From the IMG/VR virus record IMGVR_UViG_3300045945_000056: a stretch of 64,000 nt of DNA; one strand, given 5' to 3'. How positions within the stretch are numbered: the stretch's first letter is position 1; each line of letters starts with the position of its first letter. The translations under genes were made by a program, and so were the position numbers. Below the pieces are notes generated by a model, which saw only the letters and a list, made by a program, of their open reading frames with translations, was not told the origin of the DNA and did no database searches. Of this stretch, positions 61,240 through 64,000 are shown piece by piece. This stretch comes from an uncultured virus (IMG/VR IMGVR_UViG_3300045945_000056) (taxonomy: Duplodnaviria; Heunggongvirae; Uroviricota; Caudoviricetes).

Positions 61240-63420
61240 ATGGCATTCCAAGGCATGCGTTAATTCTAGCGCATGTAAAACCGCTTAAAATCAGGGGAAG
61301 TCCTATTGGGATAATCCTGAGCCAATCCGATACGGAAGGTGCAACGACTATGAGTGATACGAGCTTTGAGGCGTTAATTACTATGACGATAGCAGCGGAA
61401 GCGTTCAATATAAAAGAAGTCACCGAAGCAATTTACTGGATGATCTTAGGTGATGGCCATGTGGAGAAACCGGAACGAGGTAATTGTAAATTATCCGTTT
61501 CTCATACGGTAGATCACACGGATTATCTTATGTGGAAAGCTGCAATTATTGACCGCTTCACTGGATTTAGTATAAAAGAGCAAAATACGAGCGAATCATC
61601 CTTGAATCACTATGGACGAAAACAGATGTTACGTCTTCGCTCCAGTGCTCATCCGTGGTTTACTAAGATACGAAATAATTTGTATCTTAGCGGACAGAAA
61701 ACGATGAGTAAACACGCTATTTCTATACTAGGTCCAATTGGATTAGCTATACTCTATCAAGATGATGGCACACTTTCTACTACTAATAGTAGAAACCAAG
61801 CCGATAGAAATGTGCTAATTTATACGCTGAACCATAGTATATTTGAGTTGGAAGCTTTTACCAAACATGTGGTGGATAAATTTGGAATTATATTTAGAAT
61901 TAACGCCACTCCCGGTAAGGGCCAAGGATTTCGATTAAGATTGCGAAATAAAGATATTGAAACTTTTTTCGCTTTAATCGAACCATATGTAGTTCCCTCA
62001 ATGCTCTATAAACTCGGAAGAGGCGGCGATAGCGATACGTCTATCGGTAATATAGTCTGGGCTTCTTGGCAACAAGAAGAGGCGAGCAGAAATGACTCGT
62101 CCCCTGCGAGTAAAGGTTGGGAAACTCGTAGGAGTAACAATTCCGGGAACCGGCAACTGGGCACCTGACGAAAGACCTTTGAACTGGCGCCAAGGAATTT
62201 TGTACCTTTATCCAAACGGAAGGGCGCCGTTAACTGGCTTACTTTCGAAGATGGGAGAAGAAACTACTACTGATCCCCAATTTCATTGGTGGACGAAGAA
62301 TTTGGCGCAACAGGGCGGAGCAATTACCGAACTTTATACGGATGCTGCAATGACTACCGCGCTGGCTGCTGGCGGTTCTGCCGCGGGTACACTTTTGTAC
62401 GCAAAAGTTGCGCAATTACTCGCAACTGAATTTCGAATTGGACATCAAGTTTTACTTCGGGTTTCGACAAATCTTAATGTTGATGTAAATGCGAAAGTAA
62501 CTGGAGTTACACTTAATGGTGCAGATTCACAAATTGCGGTGAAATTGCTCGAAGCAGACGATAATGGTGGTGCGACTAACCTTTCGACTGCGGATGTAAT
62601 CTTGATCGTGGGTAATATTAACGCTGAAGGTGCGGCTATTCCAAACGCAATTGCTTACGATCCGATAAAGTATTTGAATTACACACAAATTTTTCGTACT
62701 CCACTCGATATTACTCGCACTGCAAGGAAAACGACACTTCGCACCGAAGACGCGTATAAAGAGGCGAAGCGTGAATCGCTTGAACTTCATTCAATTGAAA
62801 TGGAAAAGGCGTTTTTGTTCGGCATACCAACAGAGAATGTTGGCTCGAATGGTAAACCAGAACGTACTACGGGTGGATTGACTTATGCGGTAAAACAGTT
62901 TGCACCACAAAATGTATCGGATTATAGAGTAGATCCAAACTATGCAACTATGGATTGGCTTACTGGTGGCGAAGCGTGGTTAGATGAGAAATTTGAGCTT
63001 ATTTTTCGATTTGGTTCGATGGATAAAATTGCATTTGTTGGTTCGGGGGCACTTTTGGGTATAAATAAGTTGGCTAAAAACGTGGGCCAATTTAATTTTA
63101 CACCGCAAACTACTTCGTATGGAATTAAAGTGGTAAATTGGGTAACGCCGTTTGGAACTATTAGTCTATGGACACATCCGCTGTTCAGTTATGATGCTAC
63201 AACGCGGAATGCTATGCTTATCTTCGAAGCGAGTATGTTGAAGTATCGGTATATCGATGATACTATGTTTATGGGAATGGATACAAATAAAGTTAGTCCA
63301 TCGCATGAGAGACTTGATGGAACTAAGGAGGAATGGCTTACGGAATGTGGACTAGAATTTCACCATCCGATTAAATTTGGATATTTAAATGGGGTAGGGT
63401 TAGATAATACTTTACCTTAG
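61240..63420 (+). CDS. Major capsid protein, genome B, spliced (exon 1 61240-61260, exon 2 62146-63420)
   Basis: Joined exons read MAFQGMR|GTGNWAPDERP, colinear with A MAFMGMRGTGDWATDERP. AGGAG precedes 61240. Confidence 0.9.
61261..62145 (+). ncRNA. Group I self-splicing intron
   Basis: P1 ATGCGT/GCGCAT with U.G at the 5' splice site. Core-like AAATCAGGGGAA, AATCCTGAGC, GCAACGACT and ATAGTC. Terminal G at 62145. Confidence 0.9.
61350..62168 (+). CDS. Intron-encoded LAGLIDADG homing endonuclease
   Basis: MILGDG and ILYQDDG motifs; ends with PSMLYKL. Confidence 0.88.
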   Translation: MSDTSFEALITMTIAAEAFNIKEVTEAIYWMILGDGHVEKPERGNCKLSVSHTVDHTDYLMWKAAIIDRFTGFSIKEQNTSESSLNHYGRKQMLRLRSSAHPWFTKIRNNLYLSGQKTMSKHAISILGPIGLAILYQDDGTLSTTNSRNQADRNVLIYTLNHSIFELEAFTKHVVDKFGIIFRINATPGKGQGFRLRLRNKDIETFFALIEPYVVPSMLYKLGRGGDSDTSIGNIVWASWQQEEASRNDSSPASKGWETRRSNNSGNRQLGT

Positions 63421-63501
63421 GCCCCCCTGCCCCCCACACGGAATATAATTTCCGTTGGCGCGGCGGAATTAAAATTTAAACGATGGAGGTTAATTTACTT
63501 T

Positions 63502-64000
63502 ATGCCCTTGTTGGATATACGTAAGAGGTTTGTCGAATTTACTGGCCGGTGGGATTTAATTACTGATGATGAGAGCTTTCGCGATAAAGGAGCGAACTTT
63601 CTCATCCAAACCGGCCAGAAGTGGTTAGATCGCCAAGCTGAAGTAGCGTTTGGTGAAGGCAAGAGTTATTTGGATTTACCTGCTAATAGTTGGTTTGCTA
63701 TGTTAAACAATTGCCGGAGCGTGAGATATGTGTTCTTGTCTAACGCTGAGGGAGAGAGGTGGCCCCTATACCGAAAAGATTATCCAGAAATCAGCGAATT
63801 GCGATTGCGTGACCCAACTTTTGTTGAATCCGGATGCCCTAAGTATTACGCGCTTGCGAATATTCATACGCATCCTGAGACAATTGGGACAACTACAATT
63901 GCACGATTTGGACCTACAACGAGTTATACTGCAGCTGGAAATCCGTGGGGTTTTAATGCAATAATCGTTGCCCCAAAACCAAGTGAAAATTTGTTAATTG
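63502..64000 (+). CDS. Head-tail adaptor-like protein, genome B (truncated by window end)
   Basis: MPLLDIRKRFVEFTGRWDLITD matches A MTLLEIRTKFIELSGRYDLITD. Confidence 0.75.
   Translation, partial: MPLLDIRKRFVEFTGRWDLITDDESFRDKGANFLIQTGQKWLDRQAEVAFGEGKSYLDLPANSWFAMLNNCRSVRYVFLSNAEGERWPLYRKDYPEISELRLRDPTFVESGCPKYYALANIHTHPETIGTTTIARFGPTTSYTAAGNPWGFNAIIVAPKPSENLLI

Noticed and set aside
62092..62145. ORF-track start of the B capsid gene (MTRPLRVK...)
   Set aside because: It lies within the intron. The true start is 61240, by homology and RBS.

Overview
The window is entirely phage DNA. It contains two divergent, syntenic podovirus-like genomes of about 44 kb unit length joined head to tail. 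Genome A covers roughly 1 to 28 kb. Its minus-strand early and recombination genes are SSB-like, Sak4-like ATPase, Cas4-like nuclease, MazG, HNH and GIY-YIG. Its plus-strand genes are TerS, TerL, portal, scaffold, capsid and tail. Genome B covers roughly 29 to 64 kb. It carries ejection proteins, a DUF3987-like helicase, a UDG-PolA fusion, MazG and a ParB-methyltransferase, followed by paralogues of the A early and head genes. A genome-specific dispersed motif switches between 25.1 and 29.7 kb, which places the A/B junction in the tail-fibre region (assembly chimera or true recombinant). The main features no ORF explains are: (1) a family of six ~240-bp elements in A, each a 17-bp palindrome plus a linker plus a long covarying hairpin with embedded TTGACA..CATAAT boxes, and analogous long hairpins in B; (2) a group I intron with a LAGLIDADG gene after codon 7 of the B major capsid gene; (3) a likely -1 frameshift fusing two ejection-protein ORFs; (4) an apparently split tail-nozzle gene; (5) an Acb2/Tad1-like small gene between TerS and TerL; (6) origin-like inverted repeats at the same position in both genomes. 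I recognised no integrase, RNA polymerase, reverse transcriptase, CRISPR array or tRNA. All product calls come from motifs read by eye, not from database searches.
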